Below are positions 1 to 10,371 of a stretch of DNA of 64,000 bases, in pieces (the stretch's first letter is position 1; each line of letters begins with the position of its first letter). The translations under genes were made by a program, and so were the position numbers. The notes under the pieces were generated by a model. That model was not told where the DNA came from, searched no databases, and saw nothing but the letters and a program-made list of their open reading frames with translations. The DNA comes from Heptranchias perlo (taxonomy: Eukaryota), in contig NC_090329.1 of NCBI RefSeq assembly GCF_035084215.1, forward strand, positions 123,256,001-123,320,000, in the 5' to 3' direction.

Positions 1-345
1 ACCGTTACACCGATATTTCTTTTAACCCTCGAGTTTTCTGATCGTGGACGTCCTGTTTGATTTTTAAACCCAGATTTGCTCCCAGCTTCATGATTTCACT
101 CCATATTTTTTTTTTCCCGAATTTGACTCCAAAACAAAGGCTGAAATTCAGGAGACGAGCAACCTAAACTGCACGTTCTACTCAGACTGAGTTTCTAGGG
201 AATTCCCTGGATTTCCAAGGTCACACTGTTTGGCTGCTATCAGAGAGTAGATACTTGAGCGGGGTGGGGTGGTGGGTAGGGAGTTAGAAATATATATAAA
301 CTAAAGAGAGAACTTTAGCAACTTTAGTTATGTTTTAATGTGTAG

Positions 346-466
346 GTGTGTCTTTTTGGGAATACCGAAGTATCTCTGAGGGATGTGCTGCGGTCCGGAG
401 CCACAGAGGAGGCCGTACTAGAGATTATCGGGGCAGCAGTGGGCAGGAAGAAGCAGCAGCATGCGG
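346..466 (+). CDS. MOCS1: MOCS1 internal coding exon (exon 8 equivalent), C-terminal part of MOCS1A/MoaA GTP 3',8-cyclase
   Basis: Acceptor tgtag ends at 345 and donor gtaag starts at 467. Translation [40 protein letters not shown] matches the vertebrate MOCS1A C-terminal region. Exon ends in phase 1. Confidence 0.95.
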
Positions 467-559
467 GTAAGGTTACTGATATCTTTCTCTTTTGGATAGG
501 TGGGGTTCAGATTAACCTCTTTGGGCCTAATGCCCTCCTGGGTGATGAGTCCCAAGATT

Positions 560-845
560 TGCCCATCCCTGAAGAGCATTGAGTCAACCCACGCCGTGTG
601 GGATTGGACTCACATGTAGGCCACACCGGGTAAGGACGGCAGGTTTCCTTTCCCGAAGGGCATTAATGAACCAGTTGGGTTTTTACTACAATCCGGCAGC
701 TTCCATGGTCACTGTTTTGGTGCCGGCCCACAAATCACCAGATTTATTGAATTCAATTGCATAACTTTTTCCATGATGGGATTTGAACTCGACGACCCCT
801 GGGTTGCTGGTTCAGTACCGTAACCAATAGTCTACCGTGGCCATC
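560..845 (-). mobile_element. tRNA-derived SINE (degenerate)
   Basis: Minus strand has a B-box-like gagttcaaatccc near 780-790 and a tail gggatgggcaa shared with 10810-11020 and with the LINE 3' end at 15540-15950. Confidence 0.6.
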
Positions 846-1329
846 CATCTCCAGGGCGTAAAATCACTAACCCAGGCTTGGGGAGAGGGGGCAGGTAGAC
901 CCTTTATTTTTAAAAGACATATTTGACCAGTCATTTCAGAGGTTCAGATCTGAATGTTGAACTCACAATTAGGAGACCCCGAGTTTACATAGAACAGGAT
1001 TAAGACCAGGGAAGGCAGGGAAACTCCCCTGATAGCTCGCGATACTTTCACTAGCCACTAAACACGGCCGTTCAGCCCGAGGAGGTCTCTGGTTCCATCC
1101 TCAATCTGTGCTGCATTAGCTGACGTCGACTCCGGTGATGGCAGTGGGCACGGCAGTTGGTGTCCTGAGGGTACGGAGGGAAAATAAAAAATACCTATCA
1201 GAGTTTCTCACTAGTGATCGCTGTCTGCCGGCTGCTCCTTGCGTGGATGTCAGTTGAGAACACTATTGGGGTTGGCTCAATCGTCTCTGGTCCAGGCTCA
1301 CAGTTGACGATTTGGGCAAGGACCTATGC

Positions 1330-1715
1330 AGGACTGTGGGTAAGAGCTGAGGTGTGGGACTAATTGGATAGCTCTTTCAAAGAGCCAGCACAGGCACGAT
1401 GGGCCAAATAGCTGCCTCCTGTGTTGTATCATTCTATGAACTGGAGGGCAGCCAGTCCCGATGGAGGCATATTAGAGAGCCAAAGAGTAAGTACTTGAGG
1501 TTGGGGGAGGGGGTTAGAAATATATATAAACTAAAGAGAGAACTTATCTCAACTCTACTAAAAGGACATTGTATGCATACTTGAAAAGGAAACATTTGCA
1601 CGGCTTTGGGGAAAGAGCAGGGGAGTGGTACTAATTGGATTGCTCTACCAAAGAGCCGGCACAAGCACGATGGGCCGAATGGCTTCCTTCTTTGCTGTAA
1701 GTTTCTACTACTCTT
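1330..1715 (+). mobile_element. Two short CR1 3'-end fragments (about 1330-1440 and 1560-1715)
   Basis: Typical tail ctaattggatagctct..gagccggcacaggcacgatgggccgaatggc seen in many CR1 copies in this window. Confidence 0.75.
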
Positions 1716-1899
1716 CAAAACAAAAAAAGGACTGTAACTCTCGCTATAAACTGCTAATTTGGGTGTCTCCCGAAGCCTTATTATAGCTGAATCATCGATA
1801 CTTGAGCTGGGGGTTGAGATAACAAGTTTTCAAACCAACTACTGAAAGATATCCCATTTTAGTTGTACGTTTCAACCTTTTATCTTGTTTCCTTTTCAG

Positions 1900-1955
1900 G
1901 GATGTTCAACATATCACAGATGAAGAACAGGCCCATGATCCTGATTGGTGGGTGA
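1900..1955 (+). CDS. MOCS1: MOCS1 exon 9 equivalent: MOCS1A C-terminus (G)MFNISQMKNRPMILIGG-stop; the exon extends to 1962
   Basis: Polypyrimidine tract plus cag ends at 1899, phase 1 matching exon 8. Hallmark MoaA C-terminal IGG is followed by TGA at 1953-1955. Donors g|gtgggt (1948) and a|gtacgt (1963). Too short for the ORF track. Confidence 0.95.
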
Positions 1956-2159
1956 TGGAGCAGTACGTACTATTGGCTTTTCAATTTACGATTAACATTC
2001 GCTCTTTCTCCCCTTCTCGTGATCCCTTCGTTCTGCATGCGTTTCTTCGAGTGAGTGGATCCCCAGAGCTTCTGTGGCTGTGATAAGTGTTAGATAATTC
2101 ATATCCTCTCCCCCACACCACCCCCCACCCCCACAAACGGTGTGAGACAACATCGCAAT

Positions 2160-2880
2160 TGGGTTTAGAGAGCACTTTTAATGTAAAGAGAAACACTGTC
2201 CAATGCATAATGAAAACAGATACCAAGCCAAGCTGGGGGAGGTTAGGAGGGGTCATTAAAGTCTAGGTTGAAGAGAGAGTTTTTCAGGAGATTTTCACAG
2301 AGAGGCGGAGAGATTTAATGAGGGAGTTTTAAACAGTGGAACAGATGCAGCTGAAACCTCTACCAGCCATCATGGGTCGAGGAGGGGGGGGGAAGAGATA
2401 CACAGGGAAAAATGGGCATGGATTTTGGAGGCCATAACACATTCAAGGACTCTGGAGAGGAAAGGAAGGTTGCAAATGAGACGATAGTTTGCAAGGACAG
2501 AGGGGCCAAGGTTTTTTTTGAGGAGGGGGTTGATGACAGCAGATTTGAAGGGAAAGGGGACAGTACCTGAGGGAGAGGGAACCGTTAACAACATCAGCTA
2601 ACATGGGGGCCAGGAAGGGAAGCTGGGTGGTCAGCAGTTTGGTGGGAATAGGGTCGAGGGAGCAGGAGGTGGGTATACTGGACAAGATGAGATTGGAGAG
2701 GGCGTGAGGGGAGATGGGAGAAACTAGAGATGACCAGTTTATGGCTAGGGCAGAGGGGAATCTTAGGGGAAATTTGGTTTGGTGCTCCAGGGGAAGGGAG
2801 GGAAGCGGCAGAGGCAACTGAACGGGTGGTCTCAATCTTAGTGACAAAGAAGTCCATGAGCTCCTCGCACTTTTTGTTGG
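2160..2880 (-). mobile_element. L2-type LINE fragment (RT N-terminal region joined to a 3' end)
   Basis: Minus-strand frames give SCSLDPIPTKLL, FKSAVINPLLKK and LANYRLICNLPFLSRVLE, which are L2/CR1 RT motifs, with frameshifts. Confidence 0.8.
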
Positions 2881-3567
2881 TCATATTGAATGGCGGAGCA
2901 GGCCTGAGGGTCTGAATGGCCTACTCCTGTTCCCAATATTCCAGCACCCCCCCCCAAACCTCCATCAACAGCAGAGGTGAGAGTCCAGGCAGGCGCAAAG
3001 AACAGGGAGTAACTGGCGCGAAGAGGAAAAAAATGTAATTTAAAATATAATGGCGTTTGATCTGCTGTCAGCGGACCGTTGCTGTCACTTGCTGCTTCTC
3101 ACCGGCCTCTCGGCAGGTGGCCAGGCCCAGGAATCTGCTGCCTTTTTGCTGAGGCAGGAAATAATTTTGGGATGTAACACAAATTTGTCCATATGCTTAA
3201 TCCCCGGGTGGATCGCCTGTTCCAGGCTGAAAGGAATCCAGCCAAATTTTTTTTAAAATTATTTTTAGTAAGAGGACGTGTGGATGGAATGCGACATACT
3301 GGTTTGGCTGGGTTTCCATATATAATTTTTTTTTTTTTTAATTTTGTTTTTAAATTTCTTTGGGGAAAAGTAAGCAAATGTCTTCCGCAGTAGCAGCTTC
3401 TCGCGTCCCTCTGCAACTTTCTTTCCATATCCTCTCTCTCTCTCTCTCTCTCTCTCTCCCCTACCCCTCTCTCTTTGGGCCTTGTGAGAGAGGCGGAGGC
3501 CTTGGAGAAGCTGAATCAGTAATGGTTCGCAGTTCGCAGGCTGAACAGCTAACTCTGCTTTATTTCT

Positions 3568-3870
3568 AGAGAATCGCACAGCACAGAAGGGGGGCCGTTC
3601 GGCCCGTCGTGCCTGTGCCGGCTCTTTGAAAGAGCTATCCAATTAGTCCCACTTCCCCTGCTCTTTCCCCATAGCCCTGCAAATTTTTCCTTTTCAAGCA
3701 TTTGTTCAATTCCCCTTTTGAAAGTTATTATTGAATCTGCTTCCACCGCCCTTTCAGGCAGCGCATTCCAGATCATTAAAACTCGCTGCGTAAAGAAATT
3801 ACTCCTCATCTCCCCCCCCCCCCCCCCCCCCCCCCCCGGTTTCTTCTGCTAATTACCTAAAATTATCCTC
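3568..3870 (-). mobile_element. CR1 3' fragment
   Basis: RSNFFTQRVLMIWNALPERAVEADSIITFK (CR1 ORF2 C-terminus) plus 3' tail. Confidence 0.88.
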
Positions 3871-3934
3871 TGTGTGTGTGTGTGTCATTTTTAAAAAATG
3901 TTCTTGGAGTTTTCGCCAGTCCGCTGTGCAAAGT

Positions 3935-4380
3935 GCCGTGGCTCAGTGGTAACAGTCTCGCCTGAGTCAGAGGTCGTGAGTTCAAGTCCCACTCCAGAGG
4001 CTTGAGCACAAAATCAAGGCTGACATTCCAGTGCCAGTCCTGAGGGAATGCTTCATTGTCGGAGGCGCTGTCTTTCGGATTAGACGTTAAACCGAGTCTG
4101 CCTTCTCAGGTGGATGTAAAAGATTCGAAGAGGAGCAAGAAAGTTCTCGCCAGTGTCCTGGCCAATATTTATCCCTCAACCAACAACGCTAAAAAAAAAA
4201 ATGATTATCTGGTCATTATCTCATTGCTGTTTGTGGGATCTTGCCATGTGCAAAGTGCCTGCCACGTTTCCTACATTACAACAGTGACTACACTTCAAAA
4301 GTACTTCATTGGCTGTAAAGCGCTTTGGACCGTCCTGAGGTTGCGAAAGGCGCTATATAAATGCACGTCTTTCTTTCTTT
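3935..4380 (+). mobile_element. Full-length tRNA-head SINE, SacSINE1/DeuSINE-like
   Basis: A box tggctcagtgg (3939) and B box gttcaagtcc (3980). L2-like tail aaggcgctatataaatgc..tctttcttt. Homologous copies at 41822-42262 and 45225-45685. Confidence 0.8.
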
Positions 4381-4529
4381 TGATGTACTTGTGTCAAGCG
4401 GGAGCCTAGTTGCCAAGTGTTGATAAACTATTCGGTCTCGTCAGGGACCTGGTGCAGCCGAGCCTGATCCTGTTCACAACCAGTGTCTGCACACGAGCAT
4501 TTTTGCAGCAAGATCACTGGATGTGAACG

Positions 4530-4740
4530 TATGAAGGCAGAAAAAGACCGGCTGGTCCATCAAGCCTGCCCCACACTCATGATGGCTGGAGGGTCGTGGC
4601 TAGATACTTCCTTCCCCCCGCCCCCCCCCCCCCACACACACACACACACACACACATCCGCGTAACATCCTGGGAGAGGCAAAAAGAAGATTAAAAACCC
4701 AGGGCCAATAAGGGGAAAAAATAGTCTGGAAAATTCCTGA
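4530..4740 (-). mobile_element. 3' UTR fragment of a long-tailed CR1 family
   Basis: Reverse complement of 33210-33385 (gtgtggggcaggcttgatggaccgg..ggtcttttc), which follows CR1 ORF2 sequence there. Confidence 0.65.
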
Positions 4741-4899
4741 TAAAGCTTTTGCTATTACTACCACAGTTGGGCATCTTTTAGATCTTTTATCTACTCTGAT
4801 GGCTGTTTTTGTCTCTCTCAATCGCGTGTGCTACTTGTTTCTGTTCTCCTCCGAGTTAAATTCTTAAAGTTTGTAGAATGACTTCTGCTTTTGTCATTG

Positions 4900-5737
4900 C
4901 CGTTGTCTTCAGTCCCCGCCACAACCTGTTCCCTAGCTCCTGATCCCATCCCTCTCCCTGGCCACTATCTGAGGCTGAACCAGATCGTTCGCAACCTTGG
5001 TCAATCCTATTTGACCCTGAACTGAGCTCCCGACCTGAGATCCTCTCCATCACCAAGATCACCTACTTCCACCTCCGTAAAATCGCCCGCCTCAGCTCAT
5101 CTGCTGCCAAAACCCTCATTCATCCCTTTATTACCTCCAGACTCGACTATTCCAACGCTCTCCTGGCCGGCTTCCCACCTTGCACCCTCCGTAAACTTGA
5201 GCTCATCCAAAACTCTGCTGCCCGTATCCTACCTCTCCCCAAGTCCCGTTCATCCATCACCTCTGTGCTCACTGACCTACATTGGCTCCTGGTCTGGCAA
5301 CATCTCGGTTTTAAAATTCTCATCCTTGTTTTCAAATCCCTCCACGGCCTCCGCCCTCCCCCCCCCCCCTCTCTATCTCTATAACCACCTCCAGCTCTAC
5401 AGCCCTCCGAGATCTCTGCGCTCCTCCAATTCTGGCCTCTTGCGCATCCCCGATTTTAATCGCTCCACCATCGGCGGCCGTGTCTTCAGCTGCCTCGGCC
5501 CTAAACTCTGTAATTCCATCCCTAAACCTCTCCGCCTCTCTCTCTCTATCTATCTCTCTCTCTCCTCCTTTTTAAGGCGCTCCTTAAAACCTACCTCTTT
5601 GACCAAGCTTTTGGTCACCTGTCCTAATATCTCCTTATATGGCTCGGTGTCAAATTTTGTTTGATAATCACTCCTGTGAAGCGCCTTGGGACATTTTACT
5701 ATATTAAAGGCGCCATATAAATGCAAGTTGTTGTTGC
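4900..5737 (+). mobile_element. L2 LINE 3' fragment
   Basis: SRLDYSN..L.GFP, LHWL..FKIL and RSLRSS motifs. Tail ataaatgcaagttgttgttg. Confidence 0.85.
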
Positions 5738-5806
5738 TTCAATCTAATTTGTCTGTGCACATTTCTTTTGGAGATAAATGTAAATTAATGTGAACAAGAC
5801 CTTAAA

Positions 5807-6030
5807 AGAAAAGAACTTGCATTTCTATTGCACCTTTCACGGCCTCAGGACGTCCCAAAACGCTTTACAGCCAGTTAATTACTTTCGCAGTGTCGTCACC
5901 GTGGGGGAATCATGGCAGTAGTTTTGTGCGCAGCAATGAGATAGCCAGTGCCCTGGGATCTTTTACCTCGACCTGAGGGGGCAGACGAGGCCTTGGTTTA
6001 ACGTCTCGTCTGATAAACGGTATCTTCGAG
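5807..6030 (-). mobile_element. Internally deleted SacSINE1-like SINE just upstream of the exon 10 acceptor
   Basis: Reverse complement of the tail and core of 3935-4380. Confidence 0.7.
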
Positions 6031-6189
6031 CACTCCTAAGCCGCCCAGGAAGAGGGAAGGCCTGAACACACCCAGTCTCCACCGCGCGGGCAAAGTGCGG
6101 CCGGCGTTTAGACGGGAACGTTCCCTTCCAGCTAACGTTGCTTTTCTCTTTTTTTTTTTTCACTTCTCTCTGTTCTTATTTTCTTCCAG

Positions 6190-7046
6190 GGGAAGAGGCT
6201 GCTCCTCCCACTGCAGCTCGGGGAATCGTAAATCTGATCCGACCGGACCGGCAGCCAATTTGGAACAGCGCACCGTCCACTCCAATGGGAAAAACATTCC
6301 GGAATGCTGTGTTTACAAGTGAGGGAGGCCTGCCAACTCTTTATGGCAGAGCGGGACCAGCAGTGAGCACTCTGCTAAGAACATACGGCACTGACAGGAG
6401 CAGACTCGCCAAGAGGAGCTGTGAGAGCCTTAGCAGTGGTGCCAGATCAGACGTGCGGGCAAGCACAGCCCGTCACAGCGTGCGGCCTCATCCGAGCGGA
6501 GACGGGCCCGTTGGCGAAGGCGGGGCGGAAGAGGGCGGACAGGCCGAGCGCTTGACTCACATCGACTCCCGGGGCAGGGCCGTCATGGTGGACGTGGGCG
6601 GCAAGCCCGACTCGCGGCGCACGGCCGTGGCCCAGGCGGTGGTCCGGCTCGGGGAGCGGGCCTACCGGCTGGTGGTGGCCGACGGGCTGCGGAAGGGGGA
6701 CGCGCTGGTCACAGCCCAGCTGGCCGGCATCGCCGGGGCCAAGCTGGCCAGCCAGTTAATCCCGCTGTGCCACGCCGTCCAGCTGCACCGGGTCGACGTC
6801 TCGCTGGGGCTAGACGAGGCCCGGCTGGCAGTAGTGGTCACGGCCACCTGCGGCGCGGAGGGCAAGACGGGGGTGGAGATGGAGGCCCTGGTAGCGGCCA
6901 GCGTGGCAGCGCTGACCGTTTACGACATGTGCAAGGCGGTCGCCCGCGACATCGTGATCGAGGACGTGAGGCTGATCAGCAAGACGGGCGGGCAGCGAGG
7001 CGACTTCCATCGCTGTGGTGACGGCAACTCGCTCCCCGCCTGCTAA
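6190..7046 (+). CDS. MOCS1: MOCS1 terminal exon (exon 10 equivalent): linker plus MOCS1B/MoaC cyclic pyranopterin monophosphate synthase domain (from about 6552)
   Basis: Branch-point-like ctaac at 6132-6136, long pyrimidine tract, cag ends at 6189, phase 1 in frame with ORF 6138..7046. MoaC motifs LTHID..MVDV..K, KGDAL..AQLAGI..AK, LIPLCH, KTGVEMEAL, LTVYDMCKAV, KTGG. Confidence 0.96.
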
Positions 7047-7137
7047 CCCTCGACGGCCCCCATTTACACCCGAAACCCAGCGGAACTTTCGTTGCGTTCA
7101 GTCACGTCTGAAATCCTCACTTGCGAAAAGGGGTTGG

Positions 7138-7143
7138 ATTAAA
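7138..7143 (+). promoter_or_regulatory. Candidate MOCS1 polyadenylation signal ATTAAA
   Basis: ATTAAA about 90 nt after the stop codon, followed by GT/T-rich sequence. No transcript evidence. Confidence 0.35.
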
Positions 7144-7504
7144 GCTGTGGAGCCTCGTCGCTATTTCAAGTAATCGCCCTGATGAAATCAACCGTCTGTG
7201 TGCCTTTAATTGCTGTATCACTTGCTTGCCTTTGCTGTGTTGTCACTCGGTTTATTTCGTGTATTTTGTGAGGGGGGGGGGGGAGGGTGTGAATCAGGAT
7301 AAGTCCACCTTATCCAACAACTTTCAATCCTATAGTATCTTTAACGCACAAAATGTCTCGAGGCACTTTAGGGAGAAATTGCAAAAAGGAGTGGGCGACA
7401 AGCCAAGGGAGAGAGTTAACGGAAAGCTATGTGGAACAGATGGATTTTGAAGAGGTTTTTAAAAGGAAGGAAGAAAGAGAAGTGAGAAAGACAAGAGACA
7501 CTAA

Positions 7505-8190
7505 GAAAGAAAGACTTGCATTTATACAGCGCCTTTCACGACCTCAGTACATCCCAAAGTACTTTACGGGCAATGAAGTACTTTTTTGAAGTGTAGTCAC
7601 TGTTGTAATGTAGGAAACGTTTGGAGAAGGAGTTCCAGAGAATAGAGCAGAGGTGACTGAGAGATCGACCACCAGTGGCGAAGCAATAGTGGGAGGGGGC
7701 ATGCCTGGGGGGGGGGCTGGAATTAGGGCTCTGAAGGGAGGGGCTGCATGGCTGGAGAGGTAGGGTGGGCGATTTTAATTTGGATGCCTTACAGGGTGGA
7801 GCCAGTGTAGGTCAGCGAGACCACAGTGATGACAAGTGTGGGACAGGATGCAGGCAGCTGCGTTCTGGATGAGTCGGAGTTTGTGGAGGCTGGATGGTGA
7901 AAGGCCAGCAAGTGGTGCGTGGGAGTAATCGAGTCTGGAGGTAACGAACGTGTGGATCAGAGTTTCAGCGGAAAGTTGGGGTTGAGGTAGGGGGAAGAGG
8001 CGGCCAGCGTTTGCACAGGTGGACGTGAGTAGTTCTGGTGAGGGCGAGGACGTGGGATATTACGGTCGAACACGATACCCGAGATTGTGCAGCCTCAGTG
8101 AGTGGCTGGAGGGTGATGGGCGAGGGCAGGAGGGTGATGGGAGAGGGGAGCTTTTGGTAGTTGCTGAAAGGATGGCTTTGGCCAGCTGCT
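7505..8190 (-). mobile_element. SINE tail (7505-7620) and degenerate L2 fragment
   Basis: Reverse-complement similarity to 4260-4380 and 4900-5500. Confidence 0.65.
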
Positions 8191-9311
8191 TGGCTTCCGT
8201 TGTCATTTCAGTTGCCCTGTAATTGTGCATGATATTTATATGTTGATTGCTGCTCTACATCGGCTGGACCTGCTGACTGCCAAGACTGCTAGATCACTTT
8301 CAACTTCACCCATCTATTTCAACACCATTCATGGAGCCTGTGGGTCGGCCAATATTAAATACCATTGTTCTGTCCAGTTGCACCTATTGTCCAGTTAAGC
8401 TTGCAGTTGGTTTAGTTTTGTGCTCTATGCTCCAAACTACCCCTTCCGCTATCCCGACCCTAGTGTTCTACAGCCCATGAAACACTCTGCAAAGAGAACT
8501 CAAGTTTGGAAGGGTCAACATGCATCATTGGAAAAATGGGCGAATCACAATTCAGCGATAATTCTGCATGGACACAGATATACTGGAAATCTGTTGGGGA
8601 AGCATCCCAATGCGTGGAAATGCCACATCCCCACTATTACCCCCCAATCGAAATTCTAGTGACAACGTTGCTTGAGACATGTCTGCTAAGCATGTGGTTG
8701 TGACCAGGGCCATGTGCTCCAATCAGCTTTGGAGCTTTCACTCCCTGCCACACCCGCAGGACTTGACTGGCAGCTTAAAAGGAAAGTATGTGAAGCACTA
8801 AATGATCAAAAGGGGAATGGAAGTTTTAAGGTTATTAAAGTAAATGATAAAGTAAGAATAATACAAAGGCAATTGTCGCATCATTTGGTTGTAAGAATGA
8901 GGCCTCTAAAGTATTTTAGTGAGTGTCAATCAGGACTGGATACCATCATGCATTGGTAAAAAGTTCTTTGTGTCTTGGCATTAAGTTCTCATCCTGTTAT
9001 CACCAGATAATTGAGAAGAATTTCCATTATAGCTCCCTCCTTTCTGTTCTGAAAGCATTGCCCTACCCTGAGGTTAGAGGTCGGTGGGAAGCTCTCCACC
9101 ACCGTACATAAGTGGCCATTTTTCTTTGTGTGAGACTGGACCATGAGGCTGTTTGACTTTTGGGGGCATCTCCCAGCCAAGCCCAATCCTGTCATCATCA
9201 GACCTCTACAACAGTTAGTTTGTGATGTGGAGATGCCGGTGATGGACTGAGGTTGACAATTGTAAACAATTTTACAACACCAAGTTATAGTCCAACAAAT
9301 TTATTTTAAAT

Positions 9312-9351
9312 TTCACAAGCTTTCGGAGGCTTCCTCCTTCCTCAGGTGAAT
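9312..9351 (-). ncRNA. Minimal hammerhead ribozyme (inverted copy)
   Basis: Reverse complement of 9417-9457. Confidence 0.8.
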
Positions 9352-9416
9352 GTTGTGGAAAACATTTCCTCCTTCCTCCTTCCTCAGGTGAATGTTGTGG
9401 AAAACATTTCCACAAC

Positions 9417-9457
9417 ATTCACCTGAGGAAGGAGGAAGCCTCCGAAAGCTTGTGAAT
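9417..9457 (+). ncRNA. Minimal type I hammerhead ribozyme
   Basis: attcac CTGAGGA a ggagg-aag-cctcc GAAA gctt gtgaat. Stem I attcac/gtgaat, stem II ggagg/cctcc, palindromic AAGCTT stem III. Confidence 0.82.
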
Positions 9458-10371
9458 TTAAAATAAATTTGTTGGACTATAACTTGGTGTTGTAAAATTG
9501 TTTACAACAGTTAGTTTGTGACAGAGGTCGGCTGGGGGGTGAGGGGGATACTGACTGTTCTGTTTCCCCTCCCCACCACCTAGGTTAAGGATACTGAGCC
9601 CGATTTCATCAACCCAAACACCTTGCCAGCAGAGATCAGCACAGACCAGGCATCAAACCTGTGACCTGGTCTGGGTGAATATTTTTGCATAGAAATGTTT
9701 GGAGAAGCAGAAGTGAATGGGAAGATGGGATGGTTTATTGAAACTCCTTGCTTTGATGAGGATTGGGTATGTATATTTTTTTACGGAGTCGGGTGTGCAT
9801 TTTTTTCCAGTGGGAAGGAGTCAGTGTACAGTGGTGGGACGGGCCATGTAAATTAACAATACGACATTAGTCGGAATTATCATCCCTTAATGGTCATTAG
9901 GCACAGGCAGTCCTGGCCTTGTTTTAAGAGCTGTGTGATATTCCACTGTCCTGGAACAGGCCCATTTTATACCGCACGTGTGGTCTGGGAATTGAGCTCA
10001 GTTTCTCATCGTCTCGCTTGTGATGTCACAAAAGCAGATTTAATGTCTGCTGTGTTATTTATTTTTTTATTTTTGGAAGACTTGGGTCAAGGCCCTTGGT
10101 GCACAACACCACCAGGCTAGAAAGAGGAAAGAAGATGGGATGAAGTAAGATTGCTGGTAGGTGCTGCCCACCTTGGGTTTTAAAAGCCTGTCGAAGCTTT
10201 TTGTCATAGTAGGCCCTTTAGATACACTTTAGCATGGAACCCTGGTAGAATGCATATAAAGTTCAGATCCATGTTCCAATTAATTTACATATACAGTTCC
10301 TCATACTGATAGATCTTGGTGTTCTGATTCAGGATTTAGCCACCAATGCGGCAACAGAGTTAAGAGCAGCT

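Larger units (their letters stand above)
9223..9507. mobile_element. Non-coding fold-back mini Penelope-like element (inverted pseudo-LTR ends, 37-nt tail, target-site duplication)
   Basis: Inverted arms ttgtaaacaattttacaacacc.. (9260) and ..ggtgttgtaaaattgtttacaa (9507). Tail at 9223-9259. Flanking duplication cagttagtttg at 9212-9222 and 9508-9518. Ends are shared with the GIY-YIG element at 11964-13345. Confidence 0.9.

Noticed and set aside
467-582. C-terminal extension of ORF 346..582
   Set aside because: Read-through into the intron past the gtaag donor at 467; homology continues in exon 9.
1953-1955. TGA as selenocysteine
   Set aside because: It is the conserved MoaA stop after the essential GG, and I recognised no SECIS element in the 3' UTR.
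3935-4000. tRNA gene
   Set aside because: The A/B boxes belong to a SINE head followed by SINE body and tail; no complete cloverleaf.
6138-6189. N-terminus of the 302-aa ORF (MLFSFFFF..)
   Set aside because: This is the intron polypyrimidine tract; the exon starts at 6190.
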